Positions 63,193 to 64,000 of a stretch of 64,000 nt of DNA are shown here, piece by piece. The translations under genes were made by a program, and so were the position numbers. The stretch spans positions 27,714,001-27,778,000 of the forward strand of contig CM022665.1 in NCBI GenBank assembly GCA_012295275.1. Reading direction: 5' to 3'. This stretch comes from Chrysomallon squamiferum (taxonomy: Eukaryota; Animalia; Mollusca). How positions within the stretch are numbered: the stretch's first letter is position 1; every line of letters begins with the position of its first letter. The notes beneath the pieces were generated by a model. That model was not told where the DNA came from, searched no databases, and saw only the letters and a list, made by a program, of their open reading frames with translations.

Positions 63193-64000
63193 AAAATATT
63201 ACTACCTGACGATTATCTAATGACGTCACTAAGCACGTCATAGAAACTCGAATGTTTATTTCATCTTCATTAGTATTTAAAGGTAAGTTTGTTTATTTTT
63301 GTTTGTTTTTTAATCCTAGAGGCATATAGTGTTATCTGTTTGTTAAATTATAATTTATATATATATAATAATAATTATTATTATTATTGTTTCATTTTTT
63401 TTTTTTTTTTTAATTAATTCAACATCTTACAGATATTTTAAATGCGTTGTGACATCAAATAAAACATATTCCGAGGTTCCGCTTTAAAATTTAACATAAT
63501 GATCATGTACTAGAGCGGTGAAGGGTCAAGAATGAAGATATATTAACAGCTATAACACAAATACAATGTGTTTTTTTACTTTATTGTGAGACAAATCTGT
63601 CCCCTGGGTTTGTCGGAAATCATGAGACGCAGCGGTTTTTGACATCAGCATGCTCTGATTAGCACGACTTTTCAGTCATATGTTCACTTTTGTTTATTTT
63701 TTATTTACTTCCTATAATATATATAATATATTTTTTTCACTCACCCATTCATTTTTTTTTATTATATATAAATAGCATATATATAAGTACAAAAAAATGA
63801 ATGGGTGAGTGAAAAAAGTGAAAAAAATGTGTATGTGTGGGTGTAAGAAAAGAAAAAAAAAGAAAAAAGGGAATGTGTGAATATATATAAATATATAAGG
63901 AATCGTTGCATAGGTTATAATGTCAGAATCAATCCTTACCTTTGCATTTTGTTAAGCAATTTTATTTATTTATACATTTATTTATTTATTTATTTATTTA

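Overview
AT-rich, microsatellite-rich eukaryotic (invertebrate, probably mollusc-like; inference only) genomic DNA with GT-AG introns. The left half (1-33 kb) holds three conserved housekeeping genes reconstructed exon by exon: canonical poly(A) polymerase (minus, 20 coding exons, ~683 aa), seipin/BSCL2 (plus, 8 exons, ~380 aa, head-to-head with PAP) and PIG-F (minus, 5 exons, ~223 aa, tail-to-tail with seipin). The right half (34-64 kb) is an array of at least 9 small secreted single-domain Kunitz/BPTI genes, each built as promoter, non-coding exon, phase-1 signal-peptide exon and Kunitz exon. K1 (minus strand, TATA promoter, absent from the ORF track) is very basic with P1 Lys. K2-K9 (plus strand) form an unusual subfamily with Pro or Glu at P1 and a hypervariable 8-10 residue insertion in the binding loop, including a DDDDDEDDDDY loop in K2; they share a paired CRE/bZIP promoter module. 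K7-K9 lie in a very recent ~3.6-3.9 kb tandem amplification whose units also carry an orphan promoter plus signal exon with no Kunitz exon of its own. Relics of Harbinger, hAT and Tc1/pogo-type elements are present. Gene models come from manual reading and need RNA-seq confirmation.
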